DNA of 64,000 nt from Candidatus Thorarchaeota archaeon (GCA_011364985.1 RDOC01000002.1:160001-224000), one strand, 5' to 3'. Counted from the first letter of the stretch, positions 9,633 to 20,669 are shown. Translations and numbers: made by a program. Notes: generated by a model from the sequence alone, not told the origin.

Positions 9633-10290
9633 CTACTTCTTCTGCCCAATTGTGATGCCACGGCTAACAATCTCCTGTTCGTGGATATGAGAGAGTTGTT
9701 CTTCAGTCGCATCTTCAAGCATACGGAAGTAATCAAAGAGAACCTGAAAGACTTCCTTGATTTTGGAGGGTTCTATCCCTAATTCAAGGAGGGTTTTTGT
9801 GGTGTTCGGTTGTTGTTTTTCAAACAGCTCTCGTCTTCTTCGTATCCACGCCTTTCGTTCCATGAAGTCGAATCTTGTGTCAGAGAGTGTGAATACCGAG
9901 TACCAACCGTGGCATCTGATATTCGCTAAACCGACCTTTTCGAAGAAATCCGGGTAGGAATAGTAAAAGGGGTTCTCCTGTTTGAGGTTGTCAAAGGCTT
10001 CTGTTCTTCTTAGAGACATGATGACATTGTATTGACAGAGTGTGTCAAATGCTTCTTCCACAGACTTATCGGGTACGAAATGTCGAGAATCAAGAGCGGG
10101 CTCGATGCAGACGACATATCTCCCCTTTCGAACTGCTCGCTTCATTCGTTCAATTGCAATCAATGGCCTTGGGAGATTGTGGATAACAATATGTGAAACG
10201 GTGATATCAAATTCATCATATAGGCTGAGTTCTTCTAGGGGAACCTAGAAGAACTGAAAGGGTATGTAGACAAATTGACATCTCCCTATC
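9633..10290 (-). pseudogene. Class I SAM-dependent methyltransferase remnant
   Basis: EFDITVSHIVIHNLPRPLIAIERMKRAVRKGRYVVCIEP motif; upstream in-frame TAG inside an inverted duplication; N-terminus degraded. Confidence 0.65.
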
Positions 10291-10478
10291 GATAGTTCAT
10301 TATTTTAGCAATAAGTACTCTTCCTAGAAATGCTGTTGATTTGCATACAAGTTGGGACAAATCCGGTTCTTCTCAAATACCCTTGATTACTTTCGGATGA
10401 ATTTACAGCATTCCAATTTTTTTCCCCCAAATAGAGTGACTTATCTATTCCAGAATAGAAAGAGAACCTGATAATTCT

Positions 10479-11390
10479 ATGAGAATCACACTGAAAGCAT
10501 GCCTTCCATTCTCCCTCTATTCCACCGTAAGATCTCATGGCTGGCACCAGATGGCTCCATTCTCATTCAATACTGAACCTCTAGTTCTTGAGTATGTTCT
10601 TCAGCTGGAATCTGGTACGATTGCACAGTTAGAAATCAGCGAAACAGCAGATGGAGTTAGAGCTAGGACAGAAGAGAGTATCACCTCCGAAGAGAAGAAG
10701 GAACTGAAACAAAAAGTCACATGGATGTTGGGTCTGGATCGAGATTTTTCGTCGTTTTACAGGTTGGCACATGATGAACCTAAACTGGCCCGGATGGAAG
10801 CGAAGGCTCAAGGGCGAGTTCTTCGGTCAGCTACATTCTTTGAAGATGTGATCAAGACAATACTCACAACAAACACGCTCTGGGCTGCTACCAAACGAAT
10901 GAATCAGAATCTAGTTGAACAATTTGGGACTCCAGTTAAGAAAGGCTCATCACAGAAGGCATTTCCTACACCAACACGACTGGCAAGGACCAGTGAAGAT
11001 GTCTTGCGAAAGGAAACAAGGCTTGGTTATCGGGCACCATATGTGCTGGAACTAGCAGAGTCTATCAAGAAAGATGATATAAACTTGGAATCTTTTAAGA
11101 ATTCAGACCTCCCTACAGAACAACTTCGCAAGAAGCTTCTTACAATCAAGGGCGTGGGTGATTATGCAGCTGCCAATTTACTGAATATTCTTGGCCGCTA
11201 TGATTATCTTCCAATCGACTCTTGGGCATTGAAAGTCGTTTCATTTGAATGGTACAACGGGGCTTCTATTGGAAAAAAAGAGGTTGAAACTGCTTTCGAA
11301 CACTGGGGCGATTGGAGAGGTTTGGCTTTCTGGTTCTGGGACTGGTCATATTATAAGAAAAGTGAAAAGGAGTCTGATGTAGAAATGTAG
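10479..11390 (+). CDS. HhH-GPD DNA glycosylase (AlkA/OGG1-like)
   Basis: FPTP, LGYRAPY, LLTIKGVGDYAA (HhH), LPID. Confidence 0.88.
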   Translation: MRITLKACLPFSLYSTVRSHGWHQMAPFSFNTEPLVLEYVLQLESGTIAQLEISETADGVRARTEESITSEEKKELKQKVTWMLGLDRDFSSFYRLAHDEPKLARMEAKAQGRVLRSATFFEDVIKTILTTNTLWAATKRMNQNLVEQFGTPVKKGSSQKAFPTPTRLARTSEDVLRKETRLGYRAPYVLELAESIKKDDINLESFKNSDLPTEQLRKKLLTIKGVGDYAAANLLNILGRYDYLPIDSWALKVVSFEWYNGASIGKKEVETAFEHWGDWRGLAFWFWDWSYYKKSEKESDVEM

Positions 11391-11494
11391 GTCTGTGGAT
11401 GGCATGGTTTTCTTTTCTCATTGTGTACGACATCTTTTCTTCGTAGAGGCTAACAAGGATGGATACTTGTATTGACAGATGCATTCCTTCTCAT

Positions 11495-13501
11495 TCAGTC
11501 ATCATTATCAGGATAGGGGAGCCTGATCTGGCTCAGCATGGCTGAAACATCGTCATTCCAAGTGTCGTCTTCGTTGAGTATTCGTTGGTAGAATCTCCAT
11601 GAATAACTTCTGTAGGATACGACACGGTAACAAGACAAAGCCAAATCTTGTTCTGCAGCCTTCCCTGGCAATTCTATCATTATTTGGCGAGCAATTGAGG
11701 GTGGAACTCGGGCCATTATCAATGACCATCTTCCCCCTCTTGCTACAAAGACTGTAGCTGAAGGTGAATGTTTCAAAAACCCTTGGACAAATGAACAAAT
11801 CTGACCAGATCGACCCTGTGCAATCAATGCAATTGTCATATGATTTCGAAATACAGGTGTATAAGATATATCAACGACAGTCTTCTTTTTCATTTCCATA
11901 ATGGCATCAAGTAGCTCTTCTCTTGTAAGGCCAAGTTTCTGCAGGTATTCCAGTTGTTCAAACGATGCCAAATATCCAAGATTTGCTGTTGCATCAAGGC
12001 ATTTGACCCATTTTCGCTTTGGCTGATATGGTTTTTGTCCTATCCATGTACCAAATTCACTTTCGAGTTTCTTTAGAGTTTGATTTCCAAGCAATGAGTT
12101 TTGTATTCGCTTGAAAGAAACTCTCCAGCTATTTTCATGGAAGTCATAGAGATTTGCATTAGTAATGCTTGCAGACCAATCTAATGTTATGACATTGGGT
12201 CTAATTTTCTTTACCCGATCCACAGCCAAAGGTGGCATTTCCATTATCTGGATATGGGGTTCTCTGTAACTCTGTGCTGCAATACTTGCTGACCATTTCA
12301 TATGCTTGTGGGGCCATTGATGTGCTCTTGTAACATCTATCAAACCAACAAGCCCTAAAGCCTGTGGTCTTAAGTGAGTTCTAATTCTTAGACCAGACGC
12401 CAATAGAAGAAATCTGTTTTTCCAATTCTCCTGAGATTCACTAGCTTCTTTTCGGGTGATTGGTAAACTAACAACAATCTTCTTTGTTCTGTTAAGCTCA
12501 GCTGTACATTCTATTGCTTTTCGGAAAACACTTGGTGTTGTTTCTACTATTCTGAACAATGCAGGTGTCCAAGGATTCCATTCTTCGTCACGTATTGCAC
12601 TTGATGGCAAAGCCAATTGATGTCGAGAACTTCTCTGGATTATTCTAACATATGATGGAATATCCATGTCACTAAATTTTCGTATTACATATCCTAGCAA
12701 GAGTGTGTTAAGAACATCTAATGGATAGATTCTGTTGAAATAGTCCACAGGATCTTCTCGTGGAATATCCCATCTTGACACCAGTGTGAAAAATGCCATT
12801 ATCTGTTCTCTGACTATGTCTTCATAGGCTTCAGGAATCAGCTGCTGCATTGTATTTCTGGCATCTTTCCCCAAGCGCAGGTTTGGAATATGCACATCAT
12901 GAATCAGTTTGGTCAGTTGCTCCCAAGTTGGCGATTCACTTACCAAAACACTATTCATCCATTTCTTGGCTTTGATCAAGGATTTCTTAGAAGCAAAGAA
13001 CGATGAATACTCCTCAAACTCTTCTTCAAACTCAAGTGCTCCAACCTCAAAAGGGAAAATTGGATGCGCTTCAAGGACTCTAAAATCCGATTTACTCAGG
13101 ATAACAAGCCAAAGTCTGAAATCATCCACGATTCGGTGAACAAAAACAATAACATTCAATCCAGTTCTATCTATCCTGCTAAACCACCCTTTCGTTGATG
13201 GAGGGTACAATGGTTCTGGTCTATTTCCATCTACTGAATATTGTTTCTCGGTTTTGAGTATAGGATTCAATTTGATATTCAATAGCTGACTTCTCAGAAC
13301 TCTTACCGATTTACTCCCTTTGTCGATAAGAACGTCGCATTCGATTCTGAATACTTTCTCAATGTTAGCATCAATCTTCTTTTCCAGTAGAATCTGTGGA
13401 CCCGTAGTATCATAGGAAAGAAGGGCTCTTTCTGGTCTCCCCTCCACCAATACCTGTACTGGCAGACAGCTGACTTGGTGACCCAAATATCTTCTCTCCA
13501 T
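11495..13501 (-). CDS. Hypothetical protein, 668 aa; possible C-terminal HTH/AsnC-like region
   Basis: Long uninterrupted ORF; no confident family motif. Confidence 0.7.
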   Translation of the reverse strand: MERRYLGHQVSCLPVQVLVEGRPERALLSYDTTGPQILLEKKIDANIEKVFRIECDVLIDKGSKSVRVLRSQLLNIKLNPILKTEKQYSVDGNRPEPLYPPSTKGWFSRIDRTGLNVIVFVHRIVDDFRLWLVILSKSDFRVLEAHPIFPFEVGALEFEEEFEEYSSFFASKKSLIKAKKWMNSVLVSESPTWEQLTKLIHDVHIPNLRLGKDARNTMQQLIPEAYEDIVREQIMAFFTLVSRWDIPREDPVDYFNRIYPLDVLNTLLLGYVIRKFSDMDIPSYVRIIQRSSRHQLALPSSAIRDEEWNPWTPALFRIVETTPSVFRKAIECTAELNRTKKIVVSLPITRKEASESQENWKNRFLLLASGLRIRTHLRPQALGLVGLIDVTRAHQWPHKHMKWSASIAAQSYREPHIQIMEMPPLAVDRVKKIRPNVITLDWSASITNANLYDFHENSWRVSFKRIQNSLLGNQTLKKLESEFGTWIGQKPYQPKRKWVKCLDATANLGYLASFEQLEYLQKLGLTREELLDAIMEMKKKTVVDISYTPVFRNHMTIALIAQGRSGQICSFVQGFLKHSPSATVFVARGGRWSLIMARVPPSIARQIMIELPGKAAEQDLALSCYRVVSYRSYSWRFYQRILNEDDTWNDDVSAMLSQIRLPYPDNDD

Positions 13502-13665
13502 CTGCAGAGAAATGCCTCAATGCAAATTTATCATTTCCTAATAGAAAGAGAATTGAAATCTCTCAGATGAGAAAAAAAAAGAATGAGGCGGACGTAACAG
13601 AACTCACAATTATCTTGGTATGAATACACCAAGAGCTTCAGAGTGTCTGATACGTCCTACATAGA

Positions 13666-13785
13666 TTAGAAGGTCCAAGGTTCGGGATGAGGGATCTCTC
13701 CCGGATTCAGACCAAAGGTCCAAGGTTCGGGATGAGGGATCTCTCCCGGATTGCTATGACTAAACCTATCTTTGCCAATTGTCAT
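13666..13785 (-). CDS. 39-aa peptide with duplicated Pro-rich core
   Basis: MTIGKDRFSHS-NPGEIPHPEPWTF-GL-NPGEIPHPEPWTF-stop; repeat period is a multiple of 3; T-tract downstream (A run near 13572-13580). Confidence 0.5.
   Translation of the reverse strand: MTIGKDRFSHSNPGEIPHPEPWTFGLNPGEIPHPEPWTF
13670..13752. repeat. Direct repeat, 2 x 38 bp identical, 45-bp period
   Basis: aaggtccaaggttcgggatgagggatctctcccggatt at 13670-13707 and 13715-13752. Confidence 0.97.
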
Positions 13786-14119
13786 TATTCATCAAGAATC
13801 AATGCCCTAATTCCATGCAGAAACACATTCTACAGCTTTTGTTCACAAATCAGTGGTCAAACTTCAAAATATCGCAACATAACATAAGCTGACAAGACGT
13901 TTATGAATACGAGTTAATATACTCGCATAAGAACTTAGAGTATTTGAAGACCTCTGCCCTAGTTTAAAAACGTGATATCTCTATTGCAATGGCAAATCAA
14001 TACAGAGTTATTTCCTCTTTGGTAACTGTTACATATAATAGGTTAGGAACACTCAAAACAAGGTGTTTTACAATAGTTAAGGCACACAGTATACAACTCG
14101 AACAAAAGTAGTAGCTTAT

Positions 14120-14529
14120 CCTATTTCTTCTGAGATGGCTAAGTATGTCAACCTTCGAAGCCAATTCCATTGGTTCTTTGGTACTCCTTGTGATTGGAAT
14201 GTACCAAGCATGCAGATTCGTTGGTCTGGATCAGATTATTAGCTCTAGGATAGAACACAGTCAGAATGAGTTGTAGAATGCTCTTCCGTAGCTAGCATAT
14301 GCTACTAGCACAGTACCAATCTTAGCAAGATGGAAAGCCAAGTAATATATCAGACACCTCTTGGTTTTGTCTCTGAGTACAGCAAACCTCTACTGCTGTC
14401 CATTCATGGCACTTAAAACAGAGATTGCAGCCTTAATGCACTCTCTGACCAAGTTCTCTGGTACAATATCAAGTCTGTATTGCCTGATACTTCTCTCTCC
14501 CTGAATCCCTCATCAATGATCATTGCCAT
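14120..14529 (-). pseudogene. Nitroreductase pseudogene
   Basis: RERSIRQY..VPENLVRECIKAAISVLSAMNGQQ*RFAVL (TAG at the conserved Trp); downstream degraded; 3' end approximate. Confidence 0.7.
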
Positions 14530-14548
14530 AATGGGGGGAGATAAGTGT

Positions 14549-15547
14549 CTATCCTTCGACTTTCTCAATCACGTTTCTTGGAAGCTGAATGGCAAATGTA
14601 CACTCCATATCACCCTTGAGTACTGACTTTATCATCTCCACATCAAGCGGCTGGTCAAGTGCCATCTCCCAGGGCTGGACAGTAAACCCGCCACTACAAT
14701 TGCAAAACGTAGCTGGAATCTCTAATTCATTATTCATGATGGTTTCTCGTGCCCATGCGCAATGACAGGCATAGTATCTCTTCTTCTTCTCATCCTTTTC
14801 ATCTAGATACTCTTTTGCCATGTAGGGAATCTTTGTATGAATTATCTTGTCGCCATTTCGCATTCCAGTCATAACGTCTGGACGATTCTTTACATACTCG
14901 ATAACATCATCGGTAATCATCTGGTTGAAGAACAACCTACCCTCATCTCTATGCTTCTCTAAGTTAGCAATGATCTCAGCTCTCTTGTTAGCAAGGTACT
15001 CGTCAATATCCTTGGCCTTTAGGAACTTCTCTCGCTCCTCTTTGTACCATTCTTTGGGTATGCCATGAGCAGTATCCACAAGGGCCTTTCTACAATCCTC
15101 AGGTGTCAATAGCTTTTCCATCTGGTCTAGTACTGCCTTTGCAACCTTCGGCTTTTCTGTAGATGGCAATCCCAAGGGATTATCAATATCCTTGAAAATC
15201 TCATCACTCTTTCCTTTTCCAGCAACTTCCCCTATCCGTTCGCGAAGTACATCCAATACCTCCGCACCATCGAGTAGTTCCAAGACCGCAAGGTAGAGGT
15301 CGAAGTTCTGAATGAAATATCCATACCTTGAGAGTGCTAGGTAATTGTCATAGGTATTTGTTTCCTCTTCAATTAGCATTTTTGAAAAGTTCCTAACGTC
15401 CATCGAGGTCGCGGACTCAAGAGTTCTCCCAACCTTTTCAACGAATTTTTCAAATCTCTCAATCATTGAGATTGCAGGTACTATCTTCTCCTCGGGAATT
15501 GGTTTCTCCCTATCGGTCAGGTATATTCGATAGCCTTCTTTATCCAT
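14549..15547 (-). CDS. DUF6144-like protein with Cys-rich C-terminal domain
   Basis: YYACHCAW, FCNCSGGF, SVLKGDMECTFAI. Confidence 0.65.
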   Translation of the reverse strand: MDKEGYRIYLTDREKPIPEEKIVPAISMIERFEKFVEKVGRTLESATSMDVRNFSKMLIEEETNTYDNYLALSRYGYFIQNFDLYLAVLELLDGAEVLDVLRERIGEVAGKGKSDEIFKDIDNPLGLPSTEKPKVAKAVLDQMEKLLTPEDCRKALVDTAHGIPKEWYKEEREKFLKAKDIDEYLANKRAEIIANLEKHRDEGRLFFNQMITDDVIEYVKNRPDVMTGMRNGDKIIHTKIPYMAKEYLDEKDEKKKRYYACHCAWARETIMNNELEIPATFCNCSGGFTVQPWEMALDQPLDVEMIKSVLKGDMECTFAIQLPRNVIEKVEG

Positions 15548-15800
15548 TCGTCACACCTCAGGTTTGTATTTCGGCGCTTTGTCTTTGTTTCTTAATGAAA
15601 CACATGCTCGACGCAACCGAGTCAAAACCAGTCTAGCAATAATTGACAGCCAACTCCAATTCGATGTGCCTCTCGAAATGGCGCCAAACCAAGTAATATC
15701 AGAGATAAGTAGTAGACTCGGAATACTGCAAATCCTACAATTTCGTAGATAATATCTCTTGAAGAATGCCAGAAAATGTGTTAGATTTTCACTTATTCGA

Positions 15801-16200
15801 TTAAAAATCATGAATTTCTGCACCTTCTTCTTCAAGCGTATCTTCTATCTCTTTCAATATCTCATTCCTATTCTCAGAACTTATCTTGCGCCCTATCAGA
15901 TTGAATCTAACCTCGTTCTCAATGTCTTCTGAGGATAAGATTTGGGTCTTAACCTCCTCAGAGGGTAAAGATAGTAATGTCAATTCCACAAAGTCTGTTT
16001 CATTCTCCACATTGCACAAATGGACGATGACATCTAGCCTTCTTCTACGCCTACCTTCCTCAAGACGAACACCGACAAATCGCAGTTCAGGGATCTCTTC
16101 TGGAACTACCTCTTCACCCTCCATTTGAATCCAATCAGACTCTGCTGACTCTAGCTTCTCGATAATGCCCCATTATGGCACTCTGAATCCTGGAATACTC
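15801..16200 (-). pseudogene. C-terminal remnant of the TnpB-associated partner protein
   Basis: VHLCNVENETDFVELTLLSLPSEEVK matches VHLCNVEDDTDFTELVLLSLSSELVK in 24597-25034; 5' limit approximate. Confidence 0.7.
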
Positions 16201-16310
16201 AAATAGAATGTGTACCAATCGCAGGCTCACAAGAGATTCTGCGTCGATGTTAACATCTTATCTCCGGTTGGATTCAATATCCACAAGCTGGCTACACTCT
16301 GCTAAGAGCT

Positions 16311-16979
16311 CTCTATGTTGCAATTGGTCGTTTGAAGAACATCAGAAATACAGCGCACAAGGGTAATTTCAAGGGAAGAAAGTTCAGGGGCATGATACAC
16401 TCATGGGCCTTTGCTAGGATTACTGAAAGCCTTAGGCATGGGCTTACTCAGCTTGGGTGGAAGGCTGATGGAAAAAACTCTCGTTTTCGAGTTGTGCCTG
16501 AAATTTAGACTTCTATCATGTACTGGAAGTGTGGAGCTAAGGGAATACGACCCAAACAGAGCTACTTCAGATGCCTTTCGTGTGGTCGCCAGACAAATGC
16601 TGATAGGAATGGAGCCATCAATATCGCCGGACGCCTTATTACGCTTACAAAGTCATTGCACTCTGTGAGAGGACTAGGTAAGTGGGCCGACTCTGTCCAG
16701 AGGACAGGGAAGCGTTCACGACTGAAAGCCCGAAAGAAGAAGCCTTCTCAAGGGAAGTCCTTACTCTCAAGAATGGAACAATCATCAAGTTCCAGAGAGT
16801 CCGCGGCTGTTCACTTTGTTCAATCGGACCTTACCAGTTTCAGCGATGACACTGAAAAGAGTGATCATGACCCCGCCATGGAAAGAACTGTGGAAAAGCT
16901 CTCTGTTGCTGGAAGTGATGCAGCCAGAATTCGACAGGAGAAAGAAGTCAGGTCTTCAGGAGGGATCCCATCCCAATGA
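16311..16979 (+). pseudogene. tnpB: TnpB pseudogene, C-terminal half
   Basis: LYVAIGRLKNIR..HSWAFARIT..VPEI*TSIMYWKC..NADRNGAINIA; collinear with 27029-28705; internal TAG. Confidence 0.88.
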
Positions 16980-17130
16980 AGGTTGACAATGCTCTTGCTA
17001 ATTCTTGTATTTCAAATGAAATACGAAGAGGTGGTGACACTGGCAGGAGAAGGGCGGAACACAGAGGTTTCTTACAGTTGTGTTCACTCACAAGAAATTG
17101 TAAGAAATAGGTTGTAATACAGGTGCTTTA
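16980..17130 (+). ncRNA. Putative TnpB omega/re-RNA 3' scaffold plus guide, copy 1 (RNA probably begins inside the ORF)
   Basis: Conserved blocks ggttgacaatgctcttgctaat, ggcggaacacagaggtttc, gttcactcacaa; terminal hairpin tttcttacagtt/aattgtaagaaa. Confidence 0.65.
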
Positions 17131-17169
17131 GTACCCTAGTACGAAACAACACCGTGGTGGATTGTTACG

Positions 17170-17457
17170 ATGGAGGCAATAGAAGCCAAGATAAAGCATG
17201 GTCTTGAAGATAAGGGAATAAAATGCCAATCAGTGTATAGAATCCCTGATCCTGATGACCCAAGACTACTACTATCATTTCATTCACATGATTCCCAGAA
17301 GATTACAACGATGCGAATCCAGCATGTCCTGAACTCTCTTGGAGTTGGTGAGTTCAATGTTCCCAAGGAATTTCAGCGTCTGAGTGCTGCTTTTCTCCAT
17401 CTAGAAGTATCAATGGGAGCTAAGACAGAGAAGAAAATCGCTCCTCGTGCCACATAG
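17170..17457 (+). CDS. Hypothetical protein, 95 aa
   Basis: ATG with GGTGG upstream; plausible composition. Confidence 0.65.
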   Translation: MEAIEAKIKHGLEDKGIKCQSVYRIPDPDDPRLLLSFHSHDSQKITTMRIQHVLNSLGVGEFNVPKEFQRLSAAFLHLEVSMGAKTEKKIAPRAT

Positions 17458-17517
17458 TTCGTTTTGATGAACACAGCAGCCGTCTTTCTTATGTACTATC
17501 TCGCATAATACCATCCC

Positions 17518-18273
17518 ATGGATCTCAAACTGAATAAACGAGTCTATTTGGTGACGGCAGCCTCACGCGGTCTTGGCTTTGGAGTTGCTGAAGCACTGGT
17601 TCGCGAAGGTGCTAATGTAGTAATCTGTGGTCGTACTGAAGAATCCTTGAAGAAAGCTGCAGCCAAGCTTGGTAAACAGGCCAAGCATTTAATGGCAGAT
17701 GTTTCAAAGGAGAGAGATATCGATTCACTAGTCGAATTCGTAGATGAGAACTTCAAGAAACTGGACGGTCTCTTTGTCAATGCAGGCGGTCCTCCTCCAG
17801 GAAAGTTCTCTGACATCTCTGACTCCGACTGGGAGAAGGCATTCCATCTCACATTGATGAGCGCAGTCTGGCTCACTAGGAAGTCGCTACCTCTACTAGA
17901 GAAATCGGACGCTCCTTCAGTACTCTATAGCACATCAATCTCAGTGAAGCAACCAATTGACAATCTCCTCTTATCAAATGCTCTTAGACCTGGAGTCATC
18001 GGACTGATGAGAAGCATCTCTCCAGAGCTTGGGCCAAAGGGCGTTCGGATCAATGCCATCTGCCCGGGCTACATCTACACTGCCCGTGTTGAAGAACTAA
18101 TGTCTAGCAACGAGTCTGCAAAAGATGCAATAGAGTCCCGAATTCCTCTAGGGCGAATGGGGACTCCAAGCGAGTTCGGTACAACCTGTGCATTCCTGCT
18201 AAGCCCCGTGGCCAGCTATATACACGGAGCATTGCTTCTGATAGATGGTGGACTCTATCAGGGAATGATGTAA
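17518..18273 (+). CDS. SDR-family oxidoreductase
   Basis: TAASRGLG, VNAGGPPPG, RINAICPGYIYT, IPLGRMG, IDGG. Confidence 0.92.
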   Translation: MDLKLNKRVYLVTAASRGLGFGVAEALVREGANVVICGRTEESLKKAAAKLGKQAKHLMADVSKERDIDSLVEFVDENFKKLDGLFVNAGGPPPGKFSDISDSDWEKAFHLTLMSAVWLTRKSLPLLEKSDAPSVLYSTSISVKQPIDNLLLSNALRPGVIGLMRSISPELGPKGVRINAICPGYIYTARVEELMSSNESAKDAIESRIPLGRMGTPSEFGTTCAFLLSPVASYIHGALLLIDGGLYQGMM

Positions 18274-18280
18274 GCCATAC

Positions 18281-19258
18281 CTAGAGTTTGAAGTCAGAAG
18301 GGTCGACCTCACCCAATCTCAGGAGTGCCATCTTAGCATAATCGCGGGTTTGCTCATCGGGGTCGTTTACCAGAGTCCTGAGCGTGCCGGCAGCTGGCGG
18401 ATAGGATGCAACTCCCATCGCCCATGCAGCCACTCGTTTCACATCCAAGTCTTCTGATGTCAGCAGTTCAGCAATCGCTCTAAGGATAATCTCCGAGCGT
18501 TTCTCAATCACTAGACGAATCATTCGAACCTGCTCGTTTGGCTCAACTCGTGCGATTGTATCAGCTAGCCCCTGCAGGGCCCTAGCATTATCCATATCAC
18601 GAAGTGCACGAATTGACCAATCCCTGACCTCTTCATCGGGGTCCTCAAGAGCTGCAAGAAGACAGTGAACAGACTCAGGAGAGCTTATGCTACTCAGTGC
18701 CCATGCTCCGGACCGCCGTAGCTCGACCAAAGGGTCGCCCAGCAAGGCACAGAGTGCTCCAATCGTTTCATCATCTGTTACCTTGGTGAGGGCATAGACC
18801 GCTTCCTTACGAACTCTGATATCCTCTTCTCGATTTTTCGCAAGTCTTCGAAGTGTCTGGCCATAGTTCCTTGGATCACTACTCCCGAGAATATGAACCG
18901 CCCATTTTCTGGCTTCAAACTCCTCCTCAGTATCAGTGAGAATGCGTGTCACATCTTCATTAAGAGAGTCGACTCTGGTTCTGTAGACCGCCTGGAGTCC
19001 CCGAACCCGAGTGGTGTTATCCTTGTCCGCAATAGCTTTCTCAAGGACGGGTATAGCAATCTTGCTGGGGAGCAAATCAATCAACCCCAAAAGGCGGTAT
19101 TTTAGGTTGATAATGTTCTTCTCTTCGGACAGCTCGAAGATCCTTGACACTGCTACCTTGAATTCTTCTGGATTATTGATAACATACTCTGCAAGCTCTC
19201 TGCGATGTTCAGCGTCTTCCACTCCTGCCAGCTTTTCGAGAATGAAATTCACAGACAA
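18281..19258 (-). CDS. HEAT-repeat protein
   Basis: Repeated L..D....VR..A..AL units. Confidence 0.85.
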   Translation of the reverse strand: MSVNFILEKLAGVEDAEHRRELAEYVINNPEEFKVAVSRIFELSEEKNIINLKYRLLGLIDLLPSKIAIPVLEKAIADKDNTTRVRGLQAVYRTRVDSLNEDVTRILTDTEEEFEARKWAVHILGSSDPRNYGQTLRRLAKNREEDIRVRKEAVYALTKVTDDETIGALCALLGDPLVELRRSGAWALSSISSPESVHCLLAALEDPDEEVRDWSIRALRDMDNARALQGLADTIARVEPNEQVRMIRLVIEKRSEIILRAIAELLTSEDLDVKRVAAWAMGVASYPPAAGTLRTLVNDPDEQTRDYAKMALLRLGEVDPSDFKL

Positions 19259-19273
19259 TTCCTCATGACGACT

Positions 19274-20278
19274 CTAGTAAATCTTGAAGGCATCAACGTT
19301 CGGTTTTCGCCATCCTTCCTTATGACTATCATGCTTGAGAACATTGTAGTATGCTGCCATCTGTAGTGCAATCGAGTTGGATATTGCTTGTCCAAGGCTG
19401 GTCCGAAGACCGATTTCTTCTGGTGTGAATAGATGATAGCTACGCATCTTTAGAGTATCCAGAAGGGCATGCAAATACCTTCGATCATCCTCCTTTGGAG
19501 GCGAGTCAGTGATTAGCACAGCTCCATCATCTTTATTGATAGTTAACACGTAATGATGTCGGAAGTCCTCCCAGAGAGCGGTCGTGCTTTGCAATACCCC
19601 ATACTCGTTAAACTTCATCATGCCAACTTGTGCAGCTGTATAATTCGCCCCCTCTGATATCATGAAAAGGGGTTTTCCAAGAATGGGAACTTCTGCAATC
19701 TGTTTTCCAATTTTCTCCGCCCAGTCAACAATTTTCTTTCCGCCGCTCTTGAGCAGATTAACATCACTGGAAATCTTGGTTTGTTGAGCTTCCTGATTTT
19801 CAACAGATAGTCTAAGGAGGTAGGCCATGGCTGCGGTGGTTATTGATGAGGGACTGATATTGTACGATGTAGCCCCTGATTTGGTTGTCCAAGTATAATC
19901 TGCATACCCAACAGTATCCCTGTCTTCTTTGTCAGTCAATAGAACCGTTGCTGCCTTTGATTCTTGAGCGAGTTTCAAGGCATCAACTGTTGCCAAGCTT
20001 CTTCCTGAAGCGCTTACACCAATAACAACACAGTCCTTGTCAAGGTGAACCTGTGTGAGTTCCGAGGGGGACAGGGTAACTGCGTTCATTCCCTGCCTTA
20101 GAAAGGCCCATTTTCCATAATCTGCTGCGGCAAGGGAGTCGCCACATCCGGTCAATATAATCAATCGTTTATCATGCAGAATGGTGGCATCTTGAGTATT
20201 TACAGCAGCAAGGGTGTTGGCAATTGAGGTTTCCTGTTTTCTAATTGCAACATAACAAGCATCCAAGAACTCGGTCAT
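19274..20278 (-). CDS. SIS-domain protein (GlmS isomerase-like, two SIS domains)
   Basis: LTGCGDS, GVSASGRS, MMKFNE, EDFRH. Confidence 0.85.
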   Translation of the reverse strand: MTEFLDACYVAIRKQETSIANTLAAVNTQDATILHDKRLIILTGCGDSLAAADYGKWAFLRQGMNAVTLSPSELTQVHLDKDCVVIGVSASGRSLATVDALKLAQESKAATVLLTDKEDRDTVGYADYTWTTKSGATSYNISPSSITTAAMAYLLRLSVENQEAQQTKISSDVNLLKSGGKKIVDWAEKIGKQIAEVPILGKPLFMISEGANYTAAQVGMMKFNEYGVLQSTTALWEDFRHHYVLTINKDDGAVLITDSPPKEDDRRYLHALLDTLKMRSYHLFTPEEIGLRTSLGQAISNSIALQMAAYYNVLKHDSHKEGWRKPNVDAFKIY

Positions 20279-20294
20279 TTGATTCTATCTCCTT

Positions 20295-20669
20295 TCACAG
20301 CATGTTGACATCAGGTGGTTCATATCCTAATTGCCTAATCAGTCCAACTATCAGTCCATGGTGATGGATTTCATCAGTGGCTAGGTGCACTAAGACCTTT
20401 TTCACTGTGAAGCTCACAGTCTGGTTGCCCATCGTACACTCTTCACATGGTGTAGTGTGTCAGAGTGAAGATTTCAAAGTATTCCCTAGTTCTTGTTTCC
20501 GATTCTTTCATGGCAACAGAAATACTGTTGAAACCGTCCGAATATTCTTTCTCAGGCAATTGATGCTCTTCTTCTTGAGCTTGTCATCTGACAACTTCTG
20601 AAGAACATCTAGAATGGGTTCTCTAACAGCATAGTTGTGCTCCAGCAGCATCTCTATACAGGACATCAT
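20295..20669 (-). pseudogene. DinB-family pseudogene
   Basis: MLLEHNYAVRE N-terminus and VLVHLATDEIHHHGLIVGLIRQLGYEPPDVNML C-terminus, with stops between. Confidence 0.7.

Noticed and set aside
9481-9690. ORF 9481-9690 (likewise 29223-29492)
   Set aside because: These overlap tRNA genes and are spurious.
13670-13752. Mini CRISPR array
   Set aside because: Only two copies with a 7-bp spacer and no cas genes; the period fits a coding duplication.
14395-16510. In-frame TAG codons as pyrrolysine recoding (nitroreductase and tnpB copies)
   Set aside because: They are single TGG-to-TAG changes in otherwise truncated genes, and core genes here (tuf, rpoA1, rps12) end at TAG.
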